Below are positions 37,709 through 47,118 of a stretch of DNA of 64,000 nt, in pieces; the stretch's first letter is position 1, and every line of letters begins with the position of its first letter. Below the pieces are notes generated by a model, which made no database searches, had not been told where the DNA came from, and worked only from the letters and a program-made list of their open reading frames with translations. The DNA comes from a virus. Lineage: Duplodnaviria; Caudoviricetes. The DNA is taken from IMG/VR virus record IMGVR_UViG_3300021400_000056, positions 30,581 through 94,580 of that record; one strand, written 5' to 3'. Made by a program: the position numbers and the translations under genes.

Positions 37709-39079
37709 TCATCCAGTATCAAGTTCACTAAACTTCTTCTTAAAGAACGGTACGTCATCTTCGTTAGCCTCTTCTTCAGGCGTGAGTTCAGTTTCAAGAC
37801 CTTCTTCTACTGGTTGCTCTTCATCAGCAAATTCATCCTCAGGCATCGCGTAAGGATCCATTAATGAGGGGTCCATTCCGTCATTCGGCTGAGAGATGTT
37901 ACTGTTACGAAGCTCATCGGCCTTCGGATCAACTGACGGCTTCCAACCGATGATCGCTCTAATTTCATTAGACGTTACGACCTCGGCCTGCTTGAAGTTC
38001 GTAGTGATTGTAGAAAGCTGTTCAATAGTTACAAGTTTAAACGAATCTCTAAAGAACCTGATCGCATGGCCCTGCGTTATAGCAGTCTTTGTGAGGAATT
38101 TCCTCTCCATTTCTTCAGTAATAGCTGAAAGAATTGGTTCAATTGTCCTGCTATAATAGTTATTCATCGTCTTTTCGTCTGCTGTACCATCGAATACACT
38201 TTGCGTCAGTCCTAATTGGTTGTATAGCATGCTCATTAGTTCTTTCGCCTGGTTCCAGTAGGTATTTTCGACTGGACGATTAAGCTGGGTTATTCTTTCG
38301 GTTCCATCGGTATAAGCAATACCGTATTTGGATCCGGTTAACTGCATTTCGATTTCTTTTCGTCTCTTTTCAGCTTGTTCTCTTCTCGTCTCTGTCTTTA
38401 CGACATACGGAAGCTGAATGATAAGATCGAGTTTTCCAGAAGCGTTTCTCTCGTTAAATACATCAAGATTTGCAAGAGTATGTTTAAGCCTCTGCAAGGT
38501 TGAGTTCGGTTCGTTCATTACCTCATAGAGTGGATTCTGCACAATCGCCACAAAAGATTTAGGAAGAACCAATTGTTCTCTCTTTCCAGTATTCTCGTTG
38601 TATAGATCCACTTTTACATGTTTAGGGAACCACTGAACAACCTTGCCAACACGTAAGGTTTCAACGTCGAATGCACCAGTGTATGGATTTGTTGATGTGT
38701 CGGTAGGAACAATAGCAATACAACCATCTTCGCAAAGACTTTGAACTGCATCTTGAATAAAAGCCCTTCCCGTCTGATCGATGTTAGCCGATCTGGAAAG
38801 AGCTCTGTTAAGCGCAGAATATACAGTGTCAACATATCTGCCATTATTCTTATCAATTTTTACATGTTTAACATCTATCTGTGCGGCATCTATTGCGATT
38901 CTACAAATTACAGACGCTACAATTGATCTATCTCCGCCGCTAAGACTTAGAATTCTTGATCTATCAGGTCGAAAATATGATCCACTTCCGTAAGACTCAT
39001 AAGTGGTCCTATACGGCGTCGGATCTCGCCCCATGAAGGCGTTCCATCCGTGTTGGAGCCTGGTTATTATTGATGGCAT
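37709..39079 (-). CDS. Portal protein
   Basis: ANIDQTGR, GKLDLIIQLPY, YGIAY.DGTE, NEIR; lies between TerL and capsid. Confidence 0.92.
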   Translation of the reverse strand: MPSIITRLQHGWNAFMGRDPTPYRTTYESYGSGSYFRPDRSRILSLSGGDRSIVASVICRIAIDAAQIDVKHVKIDKNNGRYVDTVYSALNRALSRSANIDQTGRAFIQDAVQSLCEDGCIAIVPTDTSTNPYTGAFDVETLRVGKVVQWFPKHVKVDLYNENTGKREQLVLPKSFVAIVQNPLYEVMNEPNSTLQRLKHTLANLDVFNERNASGKLDLIIQLPYVVKTETRREQAEKRRKEIEMQLTGSKYGIAYTDGTERITQLNRPVENTYWNQAKELMSMLYNQLGLTQSVFDGTADEKTMNNYYSRTIEPILSAITEEMERKFLTKTAITQGHAIRFFRDSFKLVTIEQLSTITTNFKQAEVVTSNEIRAIIGWKPSVDPKADELRNSNISQPNDGMDPSLMDPYAMPEDEFADEEQPVEEGLETELTPEEEANEDDVPFFKKKFSELDTG

Positions 39080-39100
39080 GATTAAGATACCTCCTAGTTA

Positions 39101-39715
39101 TTACTTACGGTAATTGGCAGCTGCCTGTTTACCAATATATCCAGCGTCGAGAACTAATCCGCCATAGCCGTTTAAAAGAAGCGTGTCAACAGTACGAAGA
39201 CCTCGATTAGTTGTTCTTCCACTCATTCTGCTAACCGGTGTTTTCCAACTCTCAACCGGAACAACTGCTTCTAGTGCTCTACGGCCGAGCTTCATCTCGG
39301 ATCTCTTTTTCATGTAATCTGCATTGTACTGATAGTTTACACGTTTTGTATCGTGGTACATCTTTCCAAGTCGGGTTTTAGACGCATTCGTTAAATCTTC
39401 CTGCGCTTTCGCATGAATTTTACTTACGGATCTGGCATGCCTTGAGCCTACAACCGAAGACACTTTCTGACGAAAGCCCTTGGCCTGCTTAAAATCTTTC
39501 GGAATTGTTTTAATACTATCGCCAAAAGCTTTAACACGAATCCCCATCCGTCGTTTAATTCCGGTTTTAGCCTGACCAACATTTTTTCCGGTTTCGCCGC
39601 CCTTCCTAGAATATCCAGTTCCATACGGCTGATACCGCCTAACCCCCCAGTGCATGCCTTGCACACCGTGATGGGCTAAGAATCTATACTGCCCTACCGC
39701 ATAATAACTTGCCAT
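39101..39715 (-). CDS. Basic HHG-motif head-associated protein
   Basis: FLAHHGVQGMHWGVRRYQPY. Confidence 0.85.
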   Translation of the reverse strand: MASYYAVGQYRFLAHHGVQGMHWGVRRYQPYGTGYSRKGGETGKNVGQAKTGIKRRMGIRVKAFGDSIKTIPKDFKQAKGFRQKVSSVVGSRHARSVSKIHAKAQEDLTNASKTRLGKMYHDTKRVNYQYNADYMKKRSEMKLGRRALEAVVPVESWKTPVSRMSGRTTNRGLRTVDTLLLNGYGGLVLDAGYIGKQAAANYRK

Positions 39716-39726
39716 TTTTATATCTC

Positions 39727-41460
39727 CTATTCGAACGCCTCAAGATTAAGTTTATATGCTACGTAGGCGTCCATCATTGCCGCAACATTATCAATCTTTT
39801 GCTCATATCTCTTCTTAAGCAATTTTCTATTTCCATTTGTATCTTCAAGGGTGATGGCGTTTCCCATAGTAAAAGTCATGAGTTCTTCATCAAATAGCAG
39901 GAACCTATCCTCTGCAAGCTTCTTTAGTTCCCCAAGGGGCACCGTTTCAGTTTTAACGCCCTGTATGACCTTAACTACTCCAAATTCTCCGTTCTCCCTA
40001 CACCATCTTTCAACGAATCCTTTAGCGTTATACGGGTCATATCCAAAGCACTCGACAGTATACTCCATTCTACTAATATGCTCATCGAGATCATCATAAA
40101 CATCCATCATGTTGAGAACTACACCATCAAACACGATAAGGCTTCCTTCAGCAATGAATTCATCGTATTTAAGCCTCATAGCGGGTGGGCATTTATCAAG
40201 TGTTCTACTAGTTATATAGCTTCTAACTTTGACACCAAACTTATGATCTGGAAGAGGAAATAAAAATGTAAATGCACAGAAGTCATCACCCTGCGAAAGG
40301 TCAGCACCAAGTGCACAGCTCATTTGCCAAAAGTCTCGTTTTCTATGGGGCTGAATTTCTTCAAAAGTAAAGAAATATGTGTATCCTTCTTTTGGTATTC
40401 CAAATCTTTTAGCCAAGATATCGTTTCTCGCCGCAGGCGCTTTCTCAGCTCTTTCGACATCTAGCTGGTAAGTCTCATAAGTAACTGTCTTTCCAAGGTT
40501 TGGATTTGCTTTTACCCACATAGCGGGGTCAGCTACTTCAGAAACGTCATCGAGCTTGTAATACCAAATCGATACATGCGGATTGATGTATTCTCCTTTA
40601 AGAATGTCCATCAATTCCATTTTGATTGTATCGCCAGCACCGTTTCTGACAGTTCCTTCTGAACTCGTTGCAACGATTAGATAGTCAGGAAGTTTGGAAG
40701 CACCCTGCTCAAGAGCACCGATTGGGTCTTCTCTAAGATCTCCTGACAGCCACTCATCTACCGATGAAATCTTAGGTCTAAATCCCTGAAGTTTATTAAT
40801 GTTCATCGGAAGAACTTCAAGAAGGGAATTCGTAAGGAAGTTCTCGATTCCTTTCTTTGTCGATGCAAGCTTCACTCTTTTAGCCTTTGATCCGGTTGTG
40901 TTCTGAATCGATCCTTCTGTTAGAAATTTAAAAAGAGGCCCACGAGCTCTGACAATACTTGTTCGTATCGGAGCTAAGACCTCTTCTGACTGTTTCATTG
41001 TAGGTGCTGTTGCTATTTGATGAGTAGTTGAAGTATCGATGTTTAAGAAGTACGAATGAATCGTTGACGCGTACATTGATTTAGCGGCGCCTCTGGCAAC
41101 GATCAAATATTGCTTATTAATTAGCCGCTTCTTAATCATTCTTGTTTCGTATCTCTTTGTTTCAGGATTGTAAATACTTCTCTCAACAAAGTAATACCAT
41201 CCGAAAATCTGTTCCCCCCAGAGTTTGAACGTATCTAGTAAGAACAGATCAGACCCATCGGTAAGGGTCAGCTCGTTCTCGCAGTAAGCCACCCATCCTT
41301 CAACCGCTTCATCATCATAGAATATGTTTGGGTTTCTAATTAGGTTATCGATCCTGTTCATCTCCATAGAGATCTCTTTGTTAACTGGGATCTCACCTCT
41401 AAGAACCTTATCCCGAAATTCGCCATAATATATCGGGATAGCATTGTTAGATAGAGACAT
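39727..41460 (-). CDS. terL: Terminase large subunit
   Basis: Walker A ARGAAKS, Walker B SSVDEW, nuclease GADLS.GDD and KID. Confidence 0.95.
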   Translation of the reverse strand: MSLSNNAIPIYYGEFRDKVLRGEIPVNKEISMEMNRIDNLIRNPNIFYDDEAVEGWVAYCENELTLTDGSDLFLLDTFKLWGEQIFGWYYFVERSIYNPETKRYETRMIKKRLINKQYLIVARGAAKSMYASTIHSYFLNIDTSTTHQIATAPTMKQSEEVLAPIRTSIVRARGPLFKFLTEGSIQNTTGSKAKRVKLASTKKGIENFLTNSLLEVLPMNINKLQGFRPKISSVDEWLSGDLREDPIGALEQGASKLPDYLIVATSSEGTVRNGAGDTIKMELMDILKGEYINPHVSIWYYKLDDVSEVADPAMWVKANPNLGKTVTYETYQLDVERAEKAPAARNDILAKRFGIPKEGYTYFFTFEEIQPHRKRDFWQMSCALGADLSQGDDFCAFTFLFPLPDHKFGVKVRSYITSRTLDKCPPAMRLKYDEFIAEGSLIVFDGVVLNMMDVYDDLDEHISRMEYTVECFGYDPYNAKGFVERWCRENGEFGVVKVIQGVKTETVPLGELKKLAEDRFLLFDEELMTFTMGNAITLEDTNGNRKLLKKRYEQKIDNVAAMMDAYVAYKLNLEAFE

Positions 41461-41484
41461 TTTGGATCACCTTCCTACTTATTA

Positions 41485-42066
41485 CTAATTCTGATAACTT
41501 TTACGATATTCTTCGGTGTCATACTTTATTTTTTTAGCATATACGGGATTGTCCACCATTTCCTTAAACGTTCCTTTAATAGTTTTTCTAATAAATTTTT
41601 CGTCAGCGGATTGCTTACGATACGGTGTATCTCCATATTTTTCCATTGCGACCTGAACCGCCTTATAACCACGGAGGGCAATAGCATATTCGAGTTCAGA
41701 TTTTTTCTGAAGCTCCATCCTACGCTCTTTGCTAACATTTGGCCCCAACGAATAATTGTATCTCTTATACTCGTTTGATGTTAAGTGGTGTATCTGCGCG
41801 TTCTCCTGAATTCTTCTCGCTTCATAGGAGACAGTTTCCCCGCTAATTTTAGAAGCTTTCTTCATTAATTTTGCAGATTTATATCCGTCTCCACTGTAAG
41901 CCGCTCGAAGTGCTTTTTTGCGAACTCTGTCTAATTTTGCTTTTTTAAATGTTCCGGTTTTTCCACCTTTTCTATCATATCCGGTCCCATACGGCTGAAA
42001 ACGACGTATTCCCCAATGCATACCACGAACACCGTGATGTGCTAAAATATACTGTTTCATCTCCAT
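41485..42066 (-). CDS. Basic HHG-motif head-associated protein
   Basis: ILAHHGVRGMHWGIRRFQPY. Confidence 0.85.
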   Translation of the reverse strand: MEMKQYILAHHGVRGMHWGIRRFQPYGTGYDRKGGKTGTFKKAKLDRVRKKALRAAYSGDGYKSAKLMKKASKISGETVSYEARRIQENAQIHHLTSNEYKRYNYSLGPNVSKERRMELQKKSELEYAIALRGYKAVQVAMEKYGDTPYRKQSADEKFIRKTIKGTFKEMVDNPVYAKKIKYDTEEYRKSYQN

Positions 42067-42299
42067 TTAAGTTGTCTCCCTCGAGCAGCGTTCCACTTAT
42101 CTATGTCGTCCATTGGGCAAAAATACGTTACTTCACCAGTCTTTTCGTTAACGGCATAAAACGGATCGTTATAATCAACTTTTTCGCCACGCCTCAATGC
42201 TGTAAATATATAGTACTTTTCGTCATACAAGCAGCATTCTTTAACGATTAAATCTGGATGCTTCTTTTTAAAAAGTTTATATGCGTCGTTTACCGTCAT
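42057..42299 (-). CDS. Small protein, candidate immunity partner of the upstream papain-fold toxin
   Basis: ATGA overlap with the toxin gene; YAVNEKTGEV pattern seen in PepSY/YrhB-like immunity proteins. Confidence 0.6.
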   Translation of the reverse strand: MTVNDAYKLFKKKHPDLIVKECCLYDEKYYIFTALRRGEKVDYNDPFYAVNEKTGEVTYFCPMDDIDKWNAARGRQLKWR

Positions 42300-43261
42300 C
42301 CTTTAATCACCTCCGAAACTGCCTTCTTGTCTACACGAACGTTATCGAGTCTGGTGTATTCGGCTGATGTGCAGCTATCTAAAATTTTAGATACTTTATC
42401 GCCTTTATATGTTTTATTAGTCTGACAATCTCGTATTATAACCTGCCTATTCTTAACTTCATAAACGACACTATGCCCACCACCAGCGCCCCATGTAACC
42501 GTAAGATTACCACGTGCACCATCGGGTTGCTTTAAGATGGCTTTTACAGTTTTTTGGGTGCATTCAGTATTTTTACCTCGAGCTGCTTTTAAAACGTCAT
42601 CATATGTCGAAGCAGTGTACGCGTTCTTTGTCTTAGCATCCGGATACCATCGTCTAATTTCATTTGTGTAATATCCGCTGCTTGCTTTTTCAGCTGTAAC
42701 ATCGTAACCTCTTCTTCTCAAATCATATGTCGTTGTGCAAAGCATACAATTCGACTTTGTATTTGCATCAAAGTTTCTATATGAAGGGTTGACCGCCGCC
42801 ATATCTTCTTCCTCTGTCCAATGACGATCTTTAATTTTTAACTCTTCATTTTCTGCATCACTTTCAAGCTCTGAAATTCGTCGATCGTTCATAAATGTCT
42901 TCGTGTACGCAATGGCTGCTTCTCCAGCACGAATAGCGTCTTTTGCTAATTCTAAACGATTAACTTCCAGATCATCTCGAACCGTTTTTCTGATGAATTT
43001 AAATAACTCTCTTTTATCCGATTTCTGATGCTCTTCCTCGCTAGTCTGAAACTGATACGGGCTATATACGTTAAACTCCGAATCCTCGTTCGGATCGACA
43101 AACTCAGGATCTGCAAGGCTGCTGTCTCCGGCAATTCGTTCGATTCCTCTTTTCCCATCTTTGCGAATATAACCCGTGCCATAGGGCTGAGAAGTTCTAA
43201 GCCCCCAGTTCATTCCTTTCTTGCCAAAATGAGAAATATACTGATTATTCATCGAGCTCAC
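42296..43261 (-). CDS. HHG-motif protein with C-terminal papain-fold toxin domain (Tox-PL/glutamine deamidase-like)
   Basis: YISHFGKKGMNWG; NCMLC...LRRRGYDVTA...GGHSV...DCQT (Cys-His-Asp/Gln). Confidence 0.75.
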   Translation of the reverse strand: MSSMNNQYISHFGKKGMNWGLRTSQPYGTGYIRKDGKRGIERIAGDSSLADPEFVDPNEDSEFNVYSPYQFQTSEEEHQKSDKRELFKFIRKTVRDDLEVNRLELAKDAIRAGEAAIAYTKTFMNDRRISELESDAENEELKIKDRHWTEEEDMAAVNPSYRNFDANTKSNCMLCTTTYDLRRRGYDVTAEKASSGYYTNEIRRWYPDAKTKNAYTASTYDDVLKAARGKNTECTQKTVKAILKQPDGARGNLTVTWGAGGGHSVVYEVKNRQVIIRDCQTNKTYKGDKVSKILDSCTSAEYTRLDNVRVDKKAVSEVIKG

Positions 43262-44910
43262 CTCCGGCCACTAAGCAGATCTCTAACAAGGTCTTCGCCG
43301 AAGTCAATATTGCTAGTCTGTCTTGTAAGATCACTTGCTTTCTTAGAATAGGCTTTCAGATTCTCTGTAGCTGTCTTATTATAATTTCTTGCTTCAGCAC
43401 TCGGATTAAGAGTTAAAGGACCGGTGCTCGATCGTCTTGACGAAGAACTTGACGTAGGACCCGGAAGAGCCGCTCTAGAACTTCCGCTAACGGGAATTGC
43501 TCTGCCATTTACGACTTCAGCATCAATAACTCTTGGTCTATTCGAGGACGATCTGTCGTTTCTGCTATTCATGGTAAGCCGAGGCTGATTGTACTGAGAA
43601 CCGCCGAGTTCTTTATTAGAAGACGCTCTTTCTGACGACGCATCTTTCCTGTAACTCTTAGCGTTCAAATCAGAATTTCCCCATTTTGAACCAACTGAAG
43701 CGGACATCCTTCCGTAATCTCTTCTTAGCATCGCCTCTACCTTATCTTTGGGCTGCGTAGAGTAAGGAGAGGTTCTATTCGCCCCCTGAAGACCTAGATT
43801 CGTCCATTTGTTATTAAACGTTTTCGTAGACGAAGAAGAATCACTGGACTCTGATTTATTTTGTGAATCTTCCTTCTTAGAATCTTCTTTAGGAATTGAC
43901 TTATCAATTGTGGCTTTCTTAGTAACAGAATCAAATGCTTCTTTCTTCTCGGAAGAAGACATACTTGACCAAAGATTCGAGATGGACTTTGCGTCTGCAC
44001 TATTGATAGCTTTCTCAATCTCTGTAGGATCGCGCTTGATCATTCCTTCAATATTTTTCTGGTTATTAAGTCGATTGAGGGCTTTCTGAGTTTGATCAGC
44101 GTTCAAAGATCCTTCTCTTGAACCTCTTAGAACTTCTTCAGCTGAGCCAGAGTTAACTAAGCGATTAGCTGCCTCCTCCGCCGCTTTCTTTCCTTCATCA
44201 AGGATCCTATTCTCAATATTAGCCTGATTATCAAGTCTGTTCTTAGCGGTTTGGACCTGATTAGCGTCAAGCTTCCCGTTCCGAATTGCGTTAAGAACTT
44301 CTTCGGCTGAACCAGAGTTAACAATTCTATCTGTTTCTTTACCCTTTTTCTTCTCAAACCCAAGCGCTTTAGCGGCATCGTCAATGTTACCTTTAAGTTT
44401 AACGCCCTGACTAACCAATTCATTAGCAGTGCCAATATACCCTGCAATCTTCTTAACTTTTTCCTGAATCTGATCTGCTTTCTGAAATCCAGCGTCAATC
44501 TGTCTCTGCCTAAGTTCAGCTACTTTGGTTTCTTTTCCGGCTCTCTCAAGGAATTTATCAATGTCATCATTCGAGAATAGTTCTTTTCTTGCAAGGAGCT
44601 TCTCAGCATCGCCGGACTTCATAATTTCTTCTTTTTCTGCTTTTACTTTTCGTGCTTTTTCAAGACTAGCGGCTCTCTTCTTAGCTGCTATCTTCCTTTT
44701 ATGCGCAGTCCTAATCCCTTTAACGCCTTCACTAATTTTGTTGCCTACTCGTTTGGCAAGGCCGACTTCTTTACCGGTTTTGCCACCTTTTCTGGGACCC
44801 GTGGTGGAATACGGCTGAAAACGACGTATTCCCCAGTGCATTCCTCTTATCCCAAAATGGGCCAAGCAGCAATCTCTCCAATCGTTATTGCCGTAGTAAT
44901 TAATCTCCAT
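43258..44910 (-). CDS. HHG-motif protein with internal ~52-aa repeats and low-complexity tail
   Basis: CLAHFGIRGMHWGIRRFQPY; VNSGSAEEVL twice. Confidence 0.85.
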   Translation of the reverse strand: MEINYYGNNDWRDCCLAHFGIRGMHWGIRRFQPYSTTGPRKGGKTGKEVGLAKRVGNKISEGVKGIRTAHKRKIAAKKRAASLEKARKVKAEKEEIMKSGDAEKLLARKELFSNDDIDKFLERAGKETKVAELRQRQIDAGFQKADQIQEKVKKIAGYIGTANELVSQGVKLKGNIDDAAKALGFEKKKGKETDRIVNSGSAEEVLNAIRNGKLDANQVQTAKNRLDNQANIENRILDEGKKAAEEAANRLVNSGSAEEVLRGSREGSLNADQTQKALNRLNNQKNIEGMIKRDPTEIEKAINSADAKSISNLWSSMSSSEKKEAFDSVTKKATIDKSIPKEDSKKEDSQNKSESSDSSSSTKTFNNKWTNLGLQGANRTSPYSTQPKDKVEAMLRRDYGRMSASVGSKWGNSDLNAKSYRKDASSERASSNKELGGSQYNQPRLTMNSRNDRSSSNRPRVIDAEVVNGRAIPVSGSSRAALPGPTSSSSSRRSSTGPLTLNPSAEARNYNKTATENLKAYSKKASDLTRQTSNIDFGEDLVRDLLSGRR

Positions 44911-44929
44911 TTTGAATCCCTCTAAATGC

Positions 44930-46264
44930 TTATCTAGCAAGTCGATTTATCAACTTTCTTCCACTCATAATTTCTTCATAATTAGCATTCGCTCTGGTGT
45001 AATTGTATTTAACACTTTTACGTTTTCGCGAATTCTGCTTCTTTCTGGCGTCTAAGCTTCGTAATACGGCTTCGGTTCTACGAGCATTTCTCGCCCTGCT
45101 GCTAGAATCTTTTGAATGTGCAGAACTTCTTCTCTGACTATTTTTAGCCATCTTACTTCTAGCTGAGGCTTCTGCTGCTCTTGCAGATTTTTCAGACTTG
45201 CTCATCGACTTGGATTCGCTAGATTTAGATTTTTCGCTTTCGTGTCGTTTAGACGATCCGAGTTTCTCATTAACTAAATTCTGAATCTCAGCATAATCAT
45301 AACCTTCTTTAGCAAGTCTCTTTTTTCGCTCTTCGCCGTTACCGTAATTTCCGTTAATTACACTTTCAACGAGTTTATCGACTTTTTCCTTATCCGCCTT
45401 CGACTTTGTTTCGGTCTTCGGCGCATTAATGTTTTTCTGCTGCTGATCGGATAATGTAGAACGCGTTGCCGCTCCATTTTTAGCCTGCTGATCAGACAAG
45501 GTAGAACGCGTTGCCGCTCCATTTTTAGCCTGCTGATCAGACAAGGTGGATGCCCCGTTTCTCTGAGCTGCTGGGTTCGTAGGTCTAGCGGCATTGATAT
45601 TCCTTCTCTGCTGATCTGAAAGGTTTGAATTTGCGGCTTTAATGTTCGCTGCTTGCTGATCGGTAAGCCAGTACTGTGTCGACGCCTTTAAATGCTTATG
45701 CCATTTCATTCCTTTAACACCAGAATGCGTTAAATATCCGGTTTCAAAAGCACTAGAAAATGCGCTCTGTTCCAACGTGTCAAGCCGTCTAATGTACTTG
45801 TCAACTTTTCGTTCAAGTTTCATATTCCTGTACTCCAACTTACTAACCTTCATTTTCCAAGCGTTTTGCTTTTTAACAATTCTGGCAATTCGTTTATCGA
45901 GTTTGTATGCTTTTTTCATCGCTCTTGACTCACGTCTTGTTGGTTCAAGATTGTAAAGCATTTTTCGTGTTCGTGCGCCTTCAACTCTTTTTGTCAGCTT
46001 CGCACGTCTTCTTTCAAGGCCAAGCCTCTTCATCTCTCGCCGTTGATTTCTAGTAGAATTAGAATAATTATTCAGTTTATCCAGTTTATTGTTATTCTTT
46101 TCTATCTTCCCTTTTGTTTTTTCAATTTTCTTTTCTAACCGAACTTTTTTCGGAGAATATCCTCCTTGCCCATATGGTTGAAATCGTCTAACGCCCCAAT
46201 GCATTCCCGAGATGCCGTGATGCGAAACGAAGAACTCGTTATCACTTATTGCAAAGTAGTCCAT
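44930..46264 (-). CDS. Protein with two HHG-type motifs, LSDQQ repeats and a CW_7 (Cpl-7) cell-wall-binding repeat
   Basis: VSHHGISGMHWG, LTHSGVKGMKW; VINGNYGNGEERKKRL...YDYAEIQNLVN. Confidence 0.85.
   Translation of the reverse strand: MDYFAISDNEFFVSHHGISGMHWGVRRFQPYGQGGYSPKKVRLEKKIEKTKGKIEKNNNKLDKLNNYSNSTRNQRREMKRLGLERRRAKLTKRVEGARTRKMLYNLEPTRRESRAMKKAYKLDKRIARIVKKQNAWKMKVSKLEYRNMKLERKVDKYIRRLDTLEQSAFSSAFETGYLTHSGVKGMKWHKHLKASTQYWLTDQQAANIKAANSNLSDQQRRNINAARPTNPAAQRNGASTLSDQQAKNGAATRSTLSDQQAKNGAATRSTLSDQQQKNINAPKTETKSKADKEKVDKLVESVINGNYGNGEERKKRLAKEGYDYAEIQNLVNEKLGSSKRHESEKSKSSESKSMSKSEKSARAAEASARSKMAKNSQRRSSAHSKDSSSRARNARRTEAVLRSLDARKKQNSRKRKSVKYNYTRANANYEEIMSGRKLINRLAR
45456..45545. repeat. 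Two exact 45-bp tandem repeats (coding TLSDQQAKNGAATRS)
   Basis: Direct comparison of 45456-45500 with 45501-45545. Confidence 0.9.
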
Positions 46265-46267
46265 GGA

Positions 46268-46900
46268 TTAACCTCCAATCAACCGCCTAATTGCTTTTGA
46301 ACTGGAAAGCGAGGAAGACCGTGTGACACTAGTACCGCGACTCATTCCGCCAGATCTAATAGATCTTCGATTTGCATTTGCCAACCGTTTATGTTTAAGT
46401 CCGGCTCTCCTATTCGTGGAAATATCCTGATCCGTGCGCTTTCGTACTCTAGTGGACAAAGATCTATTTCCGAAACGAAGGGCTTTTCTTGCCGCCATCT
46501 CTTTATAGACGCTATTTGACGCAAAAGAATTTGCAGCATCGTCATGTCTTTCAATGGAGGCTTTGTGTTTCTTCCATTTCATTCCTTTCTTACCGTAATG
46601 AGCAAGATACTCTCCGCCTTTGTAATATCTAAAATCGTTATTTGAATACATAATCTGATCCTCATTGTGAGACAAATACTTCTTAGGAACGTATTTAATA
46701 AACCGATTCTCTTCTCCTACTGTAAAATCAGAGAAGCTCATTCCATACTTTCTCATTCTCTTAAGTATTGCTTTTGCAAGTTCTTTTTCATTTGCCGGCG
46801 ATACATAATTAAAAAACCTTATGGCGGATCTAACGTGCCTCTTATCCGGCATTGGATACTTCTTTAACTTTGGAAGACCGTACTGCTTATTGTCTTTCAT
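46268..46900 (-). CDS. DUF6582-like domain plus internal HYG motif, basic protein
   Basis: YGLPKLKKYPMPD..HVRSAIRFFNYV; YLAHYGKKGMKW. Confidence 0.8.
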   Translation of the reverse strand: MKDNKQYGLPKLKKYPMPDKRHVRSAIRFFNYVSPANEKELAKAILKRMRKYGMSFSDFTVGEENRFIKYVPKKYLSHNEDQIMYSNNDFRYYKGGEYLAHYGKKGMKWKKHKASIERHDDAANSFASNSVYKEMAARKALRFGNRSLSTRVRKRTDQDISTNRRAGLKHKRLANANRRSIRSGGMSRGTSVTRSSSLSSSKAIRRLIGG

Positions 46901-47118
46901 GACTTATCTTCTTTCATCGAATCAAGAAAATAGCCAAAAGCCGTCTTCTCACCTTCAAGTTTTTTACCAGCAGGAATTCCTGTTCCGACACCATGTTTAA
47001 CACGATCACGCTCTTCGGCTTTCTTTGCGTTATTCCATTTATCCATTGTCCCGACTAAATAGCCAGTAATCCTTCTAATTCTCTCGAAGCGAATTCCTTC
47101 GCCCATCTTCATATCCAT
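46897..47118 (-). CDS. Stand-alone C-terminal glycyl-radical domain of class III ribonucleotide reductase (NrdD)
   Basis: RIRRITGYL...WN.AK.AE..DRVKH. Confidence 0.85.
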   Translation of the reverse strand: MDMKMGEGIRFERIRRITGYLVGTMDKWNNAKKAEERDRVKHGVGTGIPAGKKLEGEKTAFGYFLDSMKEDKS

